A DNA stretch of 64,000 nucleotides from a virus. Positions 41,334 through 50,676 of this stretch are shown piece by piece. The translations under genes and the position numbers were made by a program. Each line of letters starts with the position of its first letter. Position 1 is the first letter of the stretch. The stretch lies in the IMG/VR virus record IMGVR_UViG_3300027788_000004, positions 32,001 to 96,000 of that record, one strand, 5' to 3'. The notes beneath the pieces were generated by a model. It searched no databases and had not been told where the DNA came from. It saw nothing but the letters and a program-made list of their open reading frames with translations.

Positions 41334-42209
41334 ATGGCTCAATTATATGACTTAGAATTTAATAAAAACGATGTTGTCTTACGGAATATCTTAGTTGGTG
41401 TATTAGCTACATTAAACAACAGGATGTACTGGTATAATCAAATTTCTCAAACGGAAAAGAAGAAAATCAACGTACCTTTTTATTTTAGCACTACCGGTGA
41501 TGAACGATTCTTAATGGATTCTTTTATGAACGATGTTGCATACGAAGATCCGACATTACCGAGTGGTAAAGCTGAAGGACCTTATAATAAAATACCTAGA
41601 GGAATTATACAATTAGATGGAATCAATATAGACGCAGGTTCTATGACTAATAAATTTGTAAGAGCCTTTTATCAAAGAGTTCAAGCAGATGGAACATTAA
41701 AAACATTAAATTCTGAAGTATTTATGATACCATTAAAACTTCCATTTTCGTGTGAAATTTATGTGGATTCTAATTTAGATATATTTAAGGCTATTCAGAG
41801 AGTTATTGAAATTTTCTATAAACATCAGGTTTTTCAAGTAGATATAGACGGAACTAGAATACCAGCAATGGCAAGCTTACCAGAAGATTACGAAAAGGAA
41901 AGACCATTAGAATATACTTTTAGCGATAAAAAAACATGGAAAGTTTCGTTTGCTATAGAAGTAAACACATTTATGCCTATATTCAAAAATGAAGAAAATG
42001 GATTTACTGGTGCTGCTAATACAGAAATGGATGCATCTAATATAGTTCAAGCATGGAATTTGAGTACAAATGTAACAGGAAGTACACAGGGCATAAAAAA
42101 TACTCTTGCAACAAGTCCTTATATTGGAGAAGATGCTTGGCCAATCAATCCACCTGGTGGATCTAATCCACTTCATCCAACTGGTGGATCGCATTCTAAG
42201 AACCCTTAA
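41334..42209 (+). CDS. gp15: Tail sheath stabiliser / tail completion protein (T4 gp15-like)
   Basis: LRNILVG.L..LN, KINVPFYF, KIPR, Q.VIE.F and F.IEV pattern. Late motif at 41307. Confidence 0.6.
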   Translation: MAQLYDLEFNKNDVVLRNILVGVLATLNNRMYWYNQISQTEKKKINVPFYFSTTGDERFLMDSFMNDVAYEDPTLPSGKAEGPYNKIPRGIIQLDGINIDAGSMTNKFVRAFYQRVQADGTLKTLNSEVFMIPLKLPFSCEIYVDSNLDIFKAIQRVIEIFYKHQVFQVDIDGTRIPAMASLPEDYEKERPLEYTFSDKKTWKVSFAIEVNTFMPIFKNEENGFTGAANTEMDASNIVQAWNLSTNVTGSTQGIKNTLATSPYIGEDAWPINPPGGSNPLHPTGGSHSKNP

Positions 42210-42264
42210 TAAAATAGTATGCAAACAATAGATAAATATATAAACAAAATAAAACTACAGAAAA

Positions 42265-44001
42265 ATGGCTAAAATTAAAAGCTTTGATGAGTTTGTAAAC
42301 GAGAACTTGGTACTCCAAGGTAATTATAGATATTTCGGACCTGGTTCACTAGACCCGATAATTCAACAATTACTAGGTGAAGGTAAAAATGTATCAATTA
42401 TACGTTCATATTTAACATCAATAGGTGTTGATGCTCAGCGAATAAATAAAGCAATGGCAAAATTCGAAATGGAATTAGCTATCGGCGAAAAGAAAGTAAA
42501 TGAAAAATCAGTTAATGAAGGTCCTGATTATGATGAAGCAAAATATCAAATGGATAAAATCTTCGGAGATGATCAAGAATCTATTGAGAAGTTTCAAGAT
42601 ATCGAAGATAACGGAAACGTTAAAGATATGATCGAGTATATAAATGGATATGGAGATGAGGATAGATTAGCTGACTATGGCATAAAAACTAATGCTCATG
42701 TTAAAGGTTTTGCTAAACGTATAATGGAAAGCAAACCAGTTACTGAAGGTAAGGTTTGGACATTAGTATCTAGCGGAAATGGTTTCTATGGAGGAAGTGG
42801 AACGAGTAGAACTGAAACTACACATGACTTAAAACTTGCTATGAAATTTAAGAACATAAAACAAGCTACAAAGGTTTCTAAAGAACTTGCTAAGGAAGGT
42901 TTTCCTAATATGGTTCATGTAATGAATGAATCAGAAGTAAATGAAGGAATTGTTAAAAAAGACAAAGATAAAGAATCTGCGGCTAAAGGCGGTGCCGATG
43001 TTTATGTTGATGGAAACGATGTTGATTTTGTAGAAGCATTCCAATATAAAGAATGGAATAAAAAAGAAAAGGATTTAGATCCTACAAATGCTAATAAATA
43101 TAAAGCTGGTTCAAACGACATAGTTTTTGCTGTAAGCAATATAGATAATGGCGATATAACTTTTTATCCTGGTAATGCACTAGAAGTTGTAGAATCTAAA
43201 AAAGTAAAATCTACTTTTGAAGAAAATGCTACTAAACTTCTAAAGGATATAAACGAAGAAGAAGAGCCTAAAAAAGCTGCATTTGAAGAAGTTGCTGATA
43301 AATTCTTAAAAACTCTTAATGAAGATGATGATGAAAAGGTTGAAGAGAAATTAAATAAAAAAACTCTTCAAGTTGAAGCTGACGGAGAAGATATCGATGA
43401 TATGATCGACGATTTAGTTGATGGCGATGAAGATGAAACTCAAGGACCTGACGATGATGCACCTGATGATTCTCCAGAAGAAAAAATTAAAGATGGTGAA
43501 TCTCCAGCTGATGCAGTTGAAGGTGACGAAGATGATAATGCATCACCAAGCGATAAACTTCAAAATGCTGCTAAGGAATTAGCTAAAGATTCTAAAAAAT
43601 TAGAGAAGATTAAAAAACTTTTAGGAGAGGCTAACGAACTTATTGAAGCAGATACTATAGAATTGGATGACGACGGAGAAGAGGTTGAAGATGCTGAAAA
43701 TATGGAAGTTGCTGATAACGGTGATGAGGTTGAGGTGATGAAGATGAAAAAAGGACCTAAACTAACTAAAGAATCTGATGAATGGAGCGACGATGTAAAA
43801 ACTAAATGGACTCCACCTGCAGGATTATTTACAGAACCAGCTACTAAGATCGCAACCGTTTTAGCTGATGCAAGTAAAGATTTAGACCAAGCAATGTCGA
43901 GAATAGATTTCTATATAAACAGAGCTGGTAAATTACTTAAACCTAAGGATAAACAAAACTTAGAAGCAGTTAAACCTTTATTGAGAAAAAAGTTCGCTTA
44001 A
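42265..44001 (+). CDS. Multi-module internal head polyprotein with a C-terminal DUF3175-like domain
   Basis: MAKIKSFDEFVNE leader and VNE/IME/VTE/VVE/INE/LNE/LIE sites between modules. C-terminal AMSRIDFYINRAGKLL. Confidence 0.65.
   Translation: MAKIKSFDEFVNENLVLQGNYRYFGPGSLDPIIQQLLGEGKNVSIIRSYLTSIGVDAQRINKAMAKFEMELAIGEKKVNEKSVNEGPDYDEAKYQMDKIFGDDQESIEKFQDIEDNGNVKDMIEYINGYGDEDRLADYGIKTNAHVKGFAKRIMESKPVTEGKVWTLVSSGNGFYGGSGTSRTETTHDLKLAMKFKNIKQATKVSKELAKEGFPNMVHVMNESEVNEGIVKKDKDKESAAKGGADVYVDGNDVDFVEAFQYKEWNKKEKDLDPTNANKYKAGSNDIVFAVSNIDNGDITFYPGNALEVVESKKVKSTFEENATKLLKDINEEEEPKKAAFEEVADKFLKTLNEDDDEKVEEKLNKKTLQVEADGEDIDDMIDDLVDGDEDETQGPDDDAPDDSPEEKIKDGESPADAVEGDEDDNASPSDKLQNAAKELAKDSKKLEKIKKLLGEANELIEADTIELDDDGEEVEDAENMEVADNGDEVEVMKMKKGPKLTKESDEWSDDVKTKWTPPAGLFTEPATKIATVLADASKDLDQAMSRIDFYINRAGKLLKPKDKQNLEAVKPLLRKKFA
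42550..42726 (+). repeat. Dispersed coding repeat, copy 2
   Basis: Homologous to 28285..28461. Confidence 0.85.
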
Positions 44002-44056
44002 TCAAAATAGGGTTGAAGATATATAATAAATAATAATAAAAAAAACTATTCAAAAA

Positions 44057-45535
44057 ATGTCAAAAGCGATTAAAGATCTAGATTTGAGATCAAGACTAGA
44101 AAACCTTTACGGATCATTAAGTGATGCAAATGGTTCTTCTAAAGCTATTGTTGAAAAATATATAGGACAGATTGATCTTGCAAGTGATTACTTCATAATG
44201 AGAGATATTTGTTTTGAAATGAAACAATACGATTGGATTCCTAGTGTAGATGCATTTATTAATGAAACCGTTACTTATGTACGAGAAAATGCGGTCTCTA
44301 TTGGTGTTTCTAATACTTTAGAAAATCTAAGAAAAGATAAAAATCATCGTTCTTATATAGGAGCGATAAACACTCTAGAAGAATTAAAGGATTTAAGTGA
44401 ATCCGATCTTCAAAAGAGATTACCAAACAAAATGAGAACTCATGCATGGGTTCCAGGTATTAAAGAATTAGTTTCTGAAACAGAAGCTCTTTTAGGAAAC
44501 AACGATACCAGTGATAAACGATTTACTCACAAATCTCCAATTTCTCCTATCATGGAATGCGAACAAGGTAACACATTATTTTGTGTAGGAAATAGAGTTT
44601 ATTCAATGAATGAAGCTGAGGAATTAAGATTAGCTAGCAGAGATGAAGTTAGTGATAAATTCTTAAGTCTAGTTGGTTTATCAGAAAACTTTACTGCAAC
44701 AGAAAATGGATTACGTTTAACAACACATAATAAAATTGTAGACTTAATCATTTCTGAATCTGAAGGTGTGAAATCAATTTCAGTAGAATTAGACGGAGCT
44801 AAAATAAATGAAAATCATTTATCAGCGGCTTTAATGTCAAGTGGAAAATTTAGAACAGATGAATATAGTTCAATACGAGTTTTAGAACATGCAGTATCTG
44901 AATATAAAAACTTATATGAATTAGATTTTGTAGATACAATTACTTCTAATGTCTATGAAGGCGTTCAAGTAAATGTTATCAAAACCGATAATGGAGTTTA
45001 TATCAACAAGATAAATTCACACATGAACGAAAATACATTAATCAAACCAGATTCTACAAGAGATGCAATTAATTTAGTTTCTGAATTCGTTGATTATGAT
45101 ATTACTAATAGCGTACAAGATTTACTTGAGGCTGAGAAAACTGAAGATGAAGCTAAAGAGCAACAAGAAACTGATGTTTATGAAAGAATCGATCATATTA
45201 AAAATGAAATTTCTAAATTATCTTCTTTAGATATGGAAGATATGCAAGAAATTAAAGAAGCTAAAAAACTTCTTAACGATGCATTACTTAAAGAACAAGA
45301 TAGATTAAACACAATGTTCAAATCTAAAAACGTTGTAATGCACGAAGATTCTTCTGATGGTGATTATGTACCTGGTGAAATAAAAATTAAAGTTGATACT
45401 TTTGGTCCTGGAACTAAAGTACAGGTTTCTGCTGGACAATATGCTGAAAGAGGCGCTAAAGATTCTATAGCAATTATTTTACCAGATAATAAAATGGAAA
45501 ACATTCAAAAGAAATATCTTTCTGTTGAAATCTAA
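44057..45535 (+). CDS. Putative prohead core / inner-body protein
   Basis: Late motif at 44018. Acidic, with many xxE sites (LSES, IMEC, ISES, INEN, MNEN, LLEA) and a C-terminal coiled coil. Confidence 0.5.
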   Translation: MSKAIKDLDLRSRLENLYGSLSDANGSSKAIVEKYIGQIDLASDYFIMRDICFEMKQYDWIPSVDAFINETVTYVRENAVSIGVSNTLENLRKDKNHRSYIGAINTLEELKDLSESDLQKRLPNKMRTHAWVPGIKELVSETEALLGNNDTSDKRFTHKSPISPIMECEQGNTLFCVGNRVYSMNEAEELRLASRDEVSDKFLSLVGLSENFTATENGLRLTTHNKIVDLIISESEGVKSISVELDGAKINENHLSAALMSSGKFRTDEYSSIRVLEHAVSEYKNLYELDFVDTITSNVYEGVQVNVIKTDNGVYINKINSHMNENTLIKPDSTRDAINLVSEFVDYDITNSVQDLLEAEKTEDEAKEQQETDVYERIDHIKNEISKLSSLDMEDMQEIKEAKKLLNDALLKEQDRLNTMFKSKNVVMHEDSSDGDYVPGEIKIKVDTFGPGTKVQVSAGQYAERGAKDSIAIILPDNKMENIQKKYLSVEI

Positions 45536-45570
45536 GAATTGAATATAAATTTTAGATATAATATAAATAG

Positions 45571-45600
45571 AATCGAGGTCTCTGGCCTCGATTTTGTTGT
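45571..45600 (+). terminator. Intrinsic terminator
   Basis: AATCGAGGTC-tct-GGCCTCGATT followed by TTGTTGTTT. Confidence 0.75.
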
Positions 45601-45615
45601 TTCTGGCTAAGGAAT

Positions 45616-45650
45616 GAAACAATTCTTTTGGATCTGCATATAATATATAA
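45616..45650 (+). promoter_or_regulatory. Middle-type promoter overlapped by a late motif, upstream of gp55
   Basis: GAAAC aattcttttggatctg CATATAAT, continuing as AATATATAA (45642-45650). Confidence 0.7.
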
Positions 45651-45671
45651 CTAATAAAAACATCGGACCAC

Positions 45672-46031
45672 ATGGCAAAAGTATATTTAAGAAACAAAGA
45701 TTTATTAGCAGAAATAATCTTATCAAAAGAACAAGGCAAATTAACACCAGAAGGCGTTAGGATGTTAGTTTTATTATCGGAAAGAGCAATACGACGATTG
45801 CAATATAGAAACCCAGATGATCGAGATGATTGTTTAGCATTTGCACAGTTAGATCTATTTAAGTATTGGGATCGTTTCAAACCTGAAAAATCCACAAATG
45901 CATTTGCATATTTTACACAAATTGCAAAAAAAGGATATGCAAAAGGATGGAATAAATTATATCCAAAAAAATACTCAAATACCATTAGATTATCAGGATC
46001 CAGCGATGATGGTGGTATTTATTCTCTATAA
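45672..46031 (+). CDS. gp55: Late-transcription sigma factor (T4 gp55-like, minimal)
   Basis: YLRNKDLL...FKPEKSTNAFAYFTQI matches the gp55 family pattern (Y.NNK.L, F.P.K..NPFAYFTQI). Confidence 0.8.
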   Translation: MAKVYLRNKDLLAEIILSKEQGKLTPEGVRMLVLLSERAIRRLQYRNPDDRDDCLAFAQLDLFKYWDRFKPEKSTNAFAYFTQIAKKGYAKGWNKLYPKKYSNTIRLSGSSDDGGIYSL

Positions 46032-46036
46032 TCTGC

Positions 46037-46510
46037 TTGATGGATATTAAAAACAATAAACCTAAAAAGAACTCAGGATTTAGTCAAGGCTATTTTCCTT
46101 TGAATGAATGTAAAAAATATGTCGGTAAAGGACCTATTATTTATAGATCTTCATGGGAAAGAAAGTTTTGTATGTATTGTGAATCAAATCCATCCGTTAT
46201 GCATTGGTCATCGGAACCTTGTAAAATTGAGTATATAAATTCTTTAGATGGTAGAAAACATAATTACTTTCCTGATTATTATATGAAATTGGATAGCGGT
46301 AAAGAATATCTTATAGAAGTTAAGCCATCTGCTCAATTAAAAAAACCAACCCATCCTAAAAGAAAAACTACTAAAGCAGTTAAAAATTATAAGTATGCAT
46401 ATGAAATGTATGTAACAAATATGTGTAAAGCTTCTTACGCAGAAGAGTATTGTAGAAAACGAGGATGGCAATATAAGATAGTAACCGAAGCATTTTTCAA
46501 AACACTTTAA
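46037..46510 (+). CDS. gp4: Head completion nuclease (T4 gp4-like, TnsA/PD-(D/E)xK fold)
   Basis: IIYRSSWERKF, WSSE, H.YFPDY, IEVKP and VTE. Confidence 0.85.
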   Translation: MMDIKNNKPKKNSGFSQGYFPLNECKKYVGKGPIIYRSSWERKFCMYCESNPSVMHWSSEPCKIEYINSLDGRKHNYFPDYYMKLDSGKEYLIEVKPSAQLKKPTHPKRKTTKAVKNYKYAYEMYVTNMCKASYAEEYCRKRGWQYKIVTEAFFKTL

Positions 46511-46513
46511 GAT

Positions 46514-47200
46514 ATGGCAGATAATTACGTCGGAAGAGCTTTTGCAGAATTACCAGAACTAAGTGAAATCAACAGAGATTTCGAAGGGTATGTTAATAAT
46601 TGGGAAAAGAAATATGGTGGTGGTAAACAAGCTGAGCAATATGCATTAACGTGGTTTGAAGAGGCATTAGCTGATAAAGATGAAACTGCTGTAGAAGAAT
46701 TTTCAGATAGAGAATTAACATGGGGTAAAATGTTTCATTTCGAATATGATCCTGTTACTGCAGATCGATTAGCGTATTGGGACAAATCTCCTATGGTTAT
46801 TTCATTAGGACGTCACCCAAATGGAAACATATTAGGAATGAACATAAATTTCTTACCAAAGACCGTTAGATACTGGATGGTAGGTAAGGTGTTTCAGGTA
46901 TATGAAGGTATGATTATTGCTGCAGCTGCAGGAAAGAATTATAGAAGAGCAACTGCACAACAACAAGTACAAATCGATTATGAGACAATTAAAAGATGGT
47001 TGGGTAAATTTGGTTTAGACTTTTGTGTTAGACAATATCACATAAATAAAATGAGTAAATTAGCAGTAATTTGCTATGAAGATTGGGTTAGAGCCGTTAT
47101 GATAAATTGGAATGACTTTCATCCTATACAAGAAAATGAATTAAAACGTCTTTACGATGAATACTTACAAAAGGTTAGAAAACCAAAGAAAAAACGTTAA
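46514..47200 (+). CDS. gp2: DNA end protector protein (T4 gp2-like)
   Basis: GKMFHFEYDP, LAYWDKSP.VI and GMNINFLP..R, next to gp4. Confidence 0.75.
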   Translation: MADNYVGRAFAELPELSEINRDFEGYVNNWEKKYGGGKQAEQYALTWFEEALADKDETAVEEFSDRELTWGKMFHFEYDPVTADRLAYWDKSPMVISLGRHPNGNILGMNINFLPKTVRYWMVGKVFQVYEGMIIAAAAGKNYRRATAQQQVQIDYETIKRWLGKFGLDFCVRQYHINKMSKLAVICYEDWVRAVMINWNDFHPIQENELKRLYDEYLQKVRKPKKKR

Positions 47201-47230
47201 GATATATAAACTAATAAAAATAAAAATGAA

Positions 47231-48814
47231 ATGGCTGGATTTGTAGAAAGAGGCGATTCAAACGCAGGTAACCGATTTGTTGCTTCAGGTGCGTTAAAAC
47301 AATTAAGTTCGTTTGGAATGAAGTACGATGATATGGTACTTCGAAATTCTCAAGCGGTTGGTATAGTTGAAGATCAATTTGGTTGGACTTACGATCCAAG
47401 AGGGTTAGTTGGTGGAGATTATGATGATTATGCATTATTTGCTAACTTAGCATTATCTGATATAGCACTTAAAAAATCAATATCAGTATTTGATAAATCA
47501 TATCCTAAGAAACGAGAAGAACTTCGTAGATTTGCGGTACAAGATGAAATTGAAGAAATTCTAGATACTTTGTGTGATGAATGTATTGTATATGATGATA
47601 AAAACTATTTTGCAGATCCTTTATTATTTGATGATGATTTATTAGCAAACGATAAAGTAGATGAAATTAGAGGAGCTATTTCTATAAACTTCAAACGAAT
47701 TTATCAGTACTTTGGTTTTAATAATGATATCACAGCATGGTCATACTTTAGAAAATTTTTAGTTGATGGATATCTTGCGTTTGAGATTATATTTGATAAT
47801 GAACAAAGAAACATTATCGGTTTCAAAGAATTAGATCCAATTTCTTTAGAACCTGGAATTGATGATCAAGGAAAACGAGTATGGAAACAATTCAAAGATA
47901 TTCCAGCAAAAGCTAGAACCTTATATGATTCACAAATTATATACCTATCGTATGCAAACTTAAATTCGCCAACTAGAATTTCTTATGTTGAACGTCTTAT
48001 TAGATCTTTTAATCTTCTTAGAATTATGGAACATTCTAGAATTATATGGTCGGTGGTTAATTCATCATTCAAAACTAAATTTATTATACCTGTAGGTGGT
48101 AAGTCAAAAACAAGAGCAAAACAATCTCTTGGTGTTCTTATGCAAAACTATCGAGAACAAGTTGACTTTAACTTTGATTCTGGAGAATTAAAAACTAATG
48201 GACGTCCGATGATGCCATTTAATAAAGAATATTGGTTACCTGAAGGTGATGCTGGTTCTCCACAAATAGAAACAATTGGTGGAGATGGACCAGATTTATC
48301 AGATACAGATTCTCTAAATTACTTCAAAGAAAATTTACGTAGAGTATCTAAAATACCTATGAATAGATTCGATGTTGAAAATCCTCCATCATGGGAAATC
48401 AATGCAGAAGGAATGACTAGAGATGAAATCAAATTTGGTAGATTCATTAATAGACTTAGATCTGTATTTCAAGAAATCATAGTAAAACCACTATGGATTC
48501 AAATGACTTTAGATTATCCAGATCTTATGAATGATGATTCATTCAAAGCTCAAGTCGGTGTTAAATTTAATAAATATAACATCTTCGAGGAAATGAAGGA
48601 AATGGAATTATTGCAGAAACGAATTGACTTTGTAACTGCAATGAAAGATGGACTTGTCGATTACGATCCTAATGGAAATGAAATTAAATACTTCTCTTCC
48701 GAATGGTTAATTCGACGATTTATGGGACTTAACGAAGAAGAAATCAAGTCAAATGATCTTATGAAGAAAAAGGAACAAGATCATTTAGATCAGATGGCCG
48801 ACGAAGAAATGTAA
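47231..48814 (+). CDS. gp20: Portal protein (T4 gp20-like)
   Basis: FRKFLVDG, SYVERLIR.FN.LR.ME, EYWLP, LRRVSKIP.NRF and RDEIKF.RFINRLR. Confidence 0.92.
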   Translation: MAGFVERGDSNAGNRFVASGALKQLSSFGMKYDDMVLRNSQAVGIVEDQFGWTYDPRGLVGGDYDDYALFANLALSDIALKKSISVFDKSYPKKREELRRFAVQDEIEEILDTLCDECIVYDDKNYFADPLLFDDDLLANDKVDEIRGAISINFKRIYQYFGFNNDITAWSYFRKFLVDGYLAFEIIFDNEQRNIIGFKELDPISLEPGIDDQGKRVWKQFKDIPAKARTLYDSQIIYLSYANLNSPTRISYVERLIRSFNLLRIMEHSRIIWSVVNSSFKTKFIIPVGGKSKTRAKQSLGVLMQNYREQVDFNFDSGELKTNGRPMMPFNKEYWLPEGDAGSPQIETIGGDGPDLSDTDSLNYFKENLRRVSKIPMNRFDVENPPSWEINAEGMTRDEIKFGRFINRLRSVFQEIIVKPLWIQMTLDYPDLMNDDSFKAQVGVKFNKYNIFEEMKEMELLQKRIDFVTAMKDGLVDYDPNGNEIKYFSSEWLIRRFMGLNEEEIKSNDLMKKKEQDHLDQMADEEM

Positions 48815-48832
48815 TTTCAATAGAATCCCAAA

Positions 48833-48841
48833 GATATATAA
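48833..48841 (+). promoter_or_regulatory. Late promoter motif GATATATAA driving the protease/scaffold and capsid genes
   Basis: The same motif occurs at 47201, 44018, 41307, 27825, 25410 and 61793. Confidence 0.6.
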
Positions 48842-48875
48842 TTAAAATAATACAAAAATAAAATAATCTTTCAAA

Positions 48876-50633
48876 ATGAATGAAGCAAATTTATTAGTAC
48901 TGGAAAGATCTACCTGTGTACTAGAAGCAAACGGAACTGGTGACGACAAGTACGTTTTAGAAGGAACTTTTTCAGAGATCGGAAAGAAGAATAAGAATAA
49001 TCGTATTTACGATGAGAAAGAACTTATTCCTCATATCGACGAGTTACAGGAAAAAATCAAAAGCGGAAAGCTATTAGGGGAATTAGATCACCCGAAACAA
49101 TTTGACATATCGTTAAAGAACGTATCCCATGTTATAGAAGAAATCAAATACGATAAAGCTAATAAAAAAGTTACTGGAAAGATTCGATTATTAGATACTG
49201 ATGCTGGAAAGCAAGCTAAGGCTTTAGTTGATGGAGGTATCCCTATTCACATATCTAGCAGAGCTGCTGGTGTTGTAGAAAGCAACGGTCATGTAAAAAT
49301 TAAGAAACTATTTACTTATGATTTAGTTGCAGATCCTGGTTTTGAGAATGCAGAACTAAAACGTGTTAACGAATCATTTGGTTTTGATAATCACGGTGAT
49401 ATACAGATATATGAGTTGAATGGATATATAGAACAGAATAACAAAGAAATTCAAAAAGAATTAACTACCATGGAAAAAAACGATACATCTATAAATGAAT
49501 CAACTGGCAATTATGTTACAGTAGATGATTTTAACGAATACTCAAAAATTATTAAAGAAGAAATCGAAAAGGCTAAAGGCGAATTAATTGACTTATCCGA
49601 ATCTTCTAAAAATGATGATCTTGTAAAATACTCAGAGCAAATCGCGTCGAGAGTAAATAAAATATCTGAATATGTTGAAGGTGTTGCTGAAAACGTAGAT
49701 AATCTTATTTCACATAACGATTATATTATAGAGAACCTTTCTAAAGTTAAAGATTACGCAGAATATGTGGGATTAAAAACAGATCAAAATATAGAATACT
49801 CTAAACATATTGCTGAGAACGTTAATACAAGAACATCTTATCAAGATTATGTTAATGAACATGTTGATAAAGTAATAGATTACCAAAACTATATAGTTGA
49901 AGGTCTTGATGCTACAACAAATTATGCAGAATATCTAAAAGAAAATTTAGAAAAACTTGGTAATTATACAGATTATGTAGTTTCTTCATTAAACGAAACG
50001 AAAGTTGAAGATAATAAAGAAGAAACTAAAGAAACAATAAATGAATCAGAAACAGTTGAATCAACTAACGTTGAAGAACTAGTTACTGAAAACGAAACAT
50101 TCAAATCAGAATTAAACGAAAAAATTACAGCGTTGGTCGAATCAGCTAAGAAGCAAAAAGTTGAAGAAACATCTGTAAATACACATTTCTTACATTTCTT
50201 GAATGAAGATCGCAGATCTAACTATAAGGATTTAGACGATGAGGCTAAGGCGAAAGTCATTAGAGCTTATGAATCTACCGATTGGTTTGGATCTAACGAT
50301 GCTTCAGGAATATGGGAAAGTGTATTCGCCGAACCTATAAAAAAAATCGATTGGTTAGAAAGTAGACCTGAGAAATTCGATAGTCTTTGGGAGTCCTTAA
50401 ATGAGGATTCTAAAAATTCTATCAAAGCTCAAGCAACTATGAGAGATCTTGATACACAGTACAAGATCGATCACTTCTGGGCAACACGAGATTTAAGAGG
50501 TTCAAACCCATCTGAACAAATTGATGAATCTAAGAAAATGGTTAACGAAAGTGAATCATCTACTTATGAAACACAAGGTGTTTACATGGACTCTGTTACA
50601 GAGGGGCTTAAAAAACGCTTTAACAGAAGTTAA
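48876..50633 (+). CDS. gp21: Prohead protease (gp21-like) fused to a scaffold/core domain (gp22-like)
   Basis: N-terminal KNKNNRIY, LGELDHP, VSH.I, ISSRAAG and YDLVADPGF. The C-terminal ~400 aa are an acidic coiled coil with Y..Y periodicity and many [ILV]xE sites. Confidence 0.88.
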   Translation: MNEANLLVLERSTCVLEANGTGDDKYVLEGTFSEIGKKNKNNRIYDEKELIPHIDELQEKIKSGKLLGELDHPKQFDISLKNVSHVIEEIKYDKANKKVTGKIRLLDTDAGKQAKALVDGGIPIHISSRAAGVVESNGHVKIKKLFTYDLVADPGFENAELKRVNESFGFDNHGDIQIYELNGYIEQNNKEIQKELTTMEKNDTSINESTGNYVTVDDFNEYSKIIKEEIEKAKGELIDLSESSKNDDLVKYSEQIASRVNKISEYVEGVAENVDNLISHNDYIIENLSKVKDYAEYVGLKTDQNIEYSKHIAENVNTRTSYQDYVNEHVDKVIDYQNYIVEGLDATTNYAEYLKENLEKLGNYTDYVVSSLNETKVEDNKEETKETINESETVESTNVEELVTENETFKSELNEKITALVESAKKQKVEETSVNTHFLHFLNEDRRSNYKDLDDEAKAKVIRAYESTDWFGSNDASGIWESVFAEPIKKIDWLESRPEKFDSLWESLNEDSKNSIKAQATMRDLDTQYKIDHFWATRDLRGSNPSEQIDESKKMVNESESSTYETQGVYMDSVTEGLKKRFNRS

Positions 50634-50676
50634 AAACTTCAACAAACCAAACCCAATAAAAAATAATTAGACAATT

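Noticed and set aside
46037-46510. TnsA-like transposase or mobile element
   Set aside because: The fold is shared with T4 gp4. The position beside gp2 and the portal, and the absence of TnsB or terminal repeats, indicate a head completion protein.
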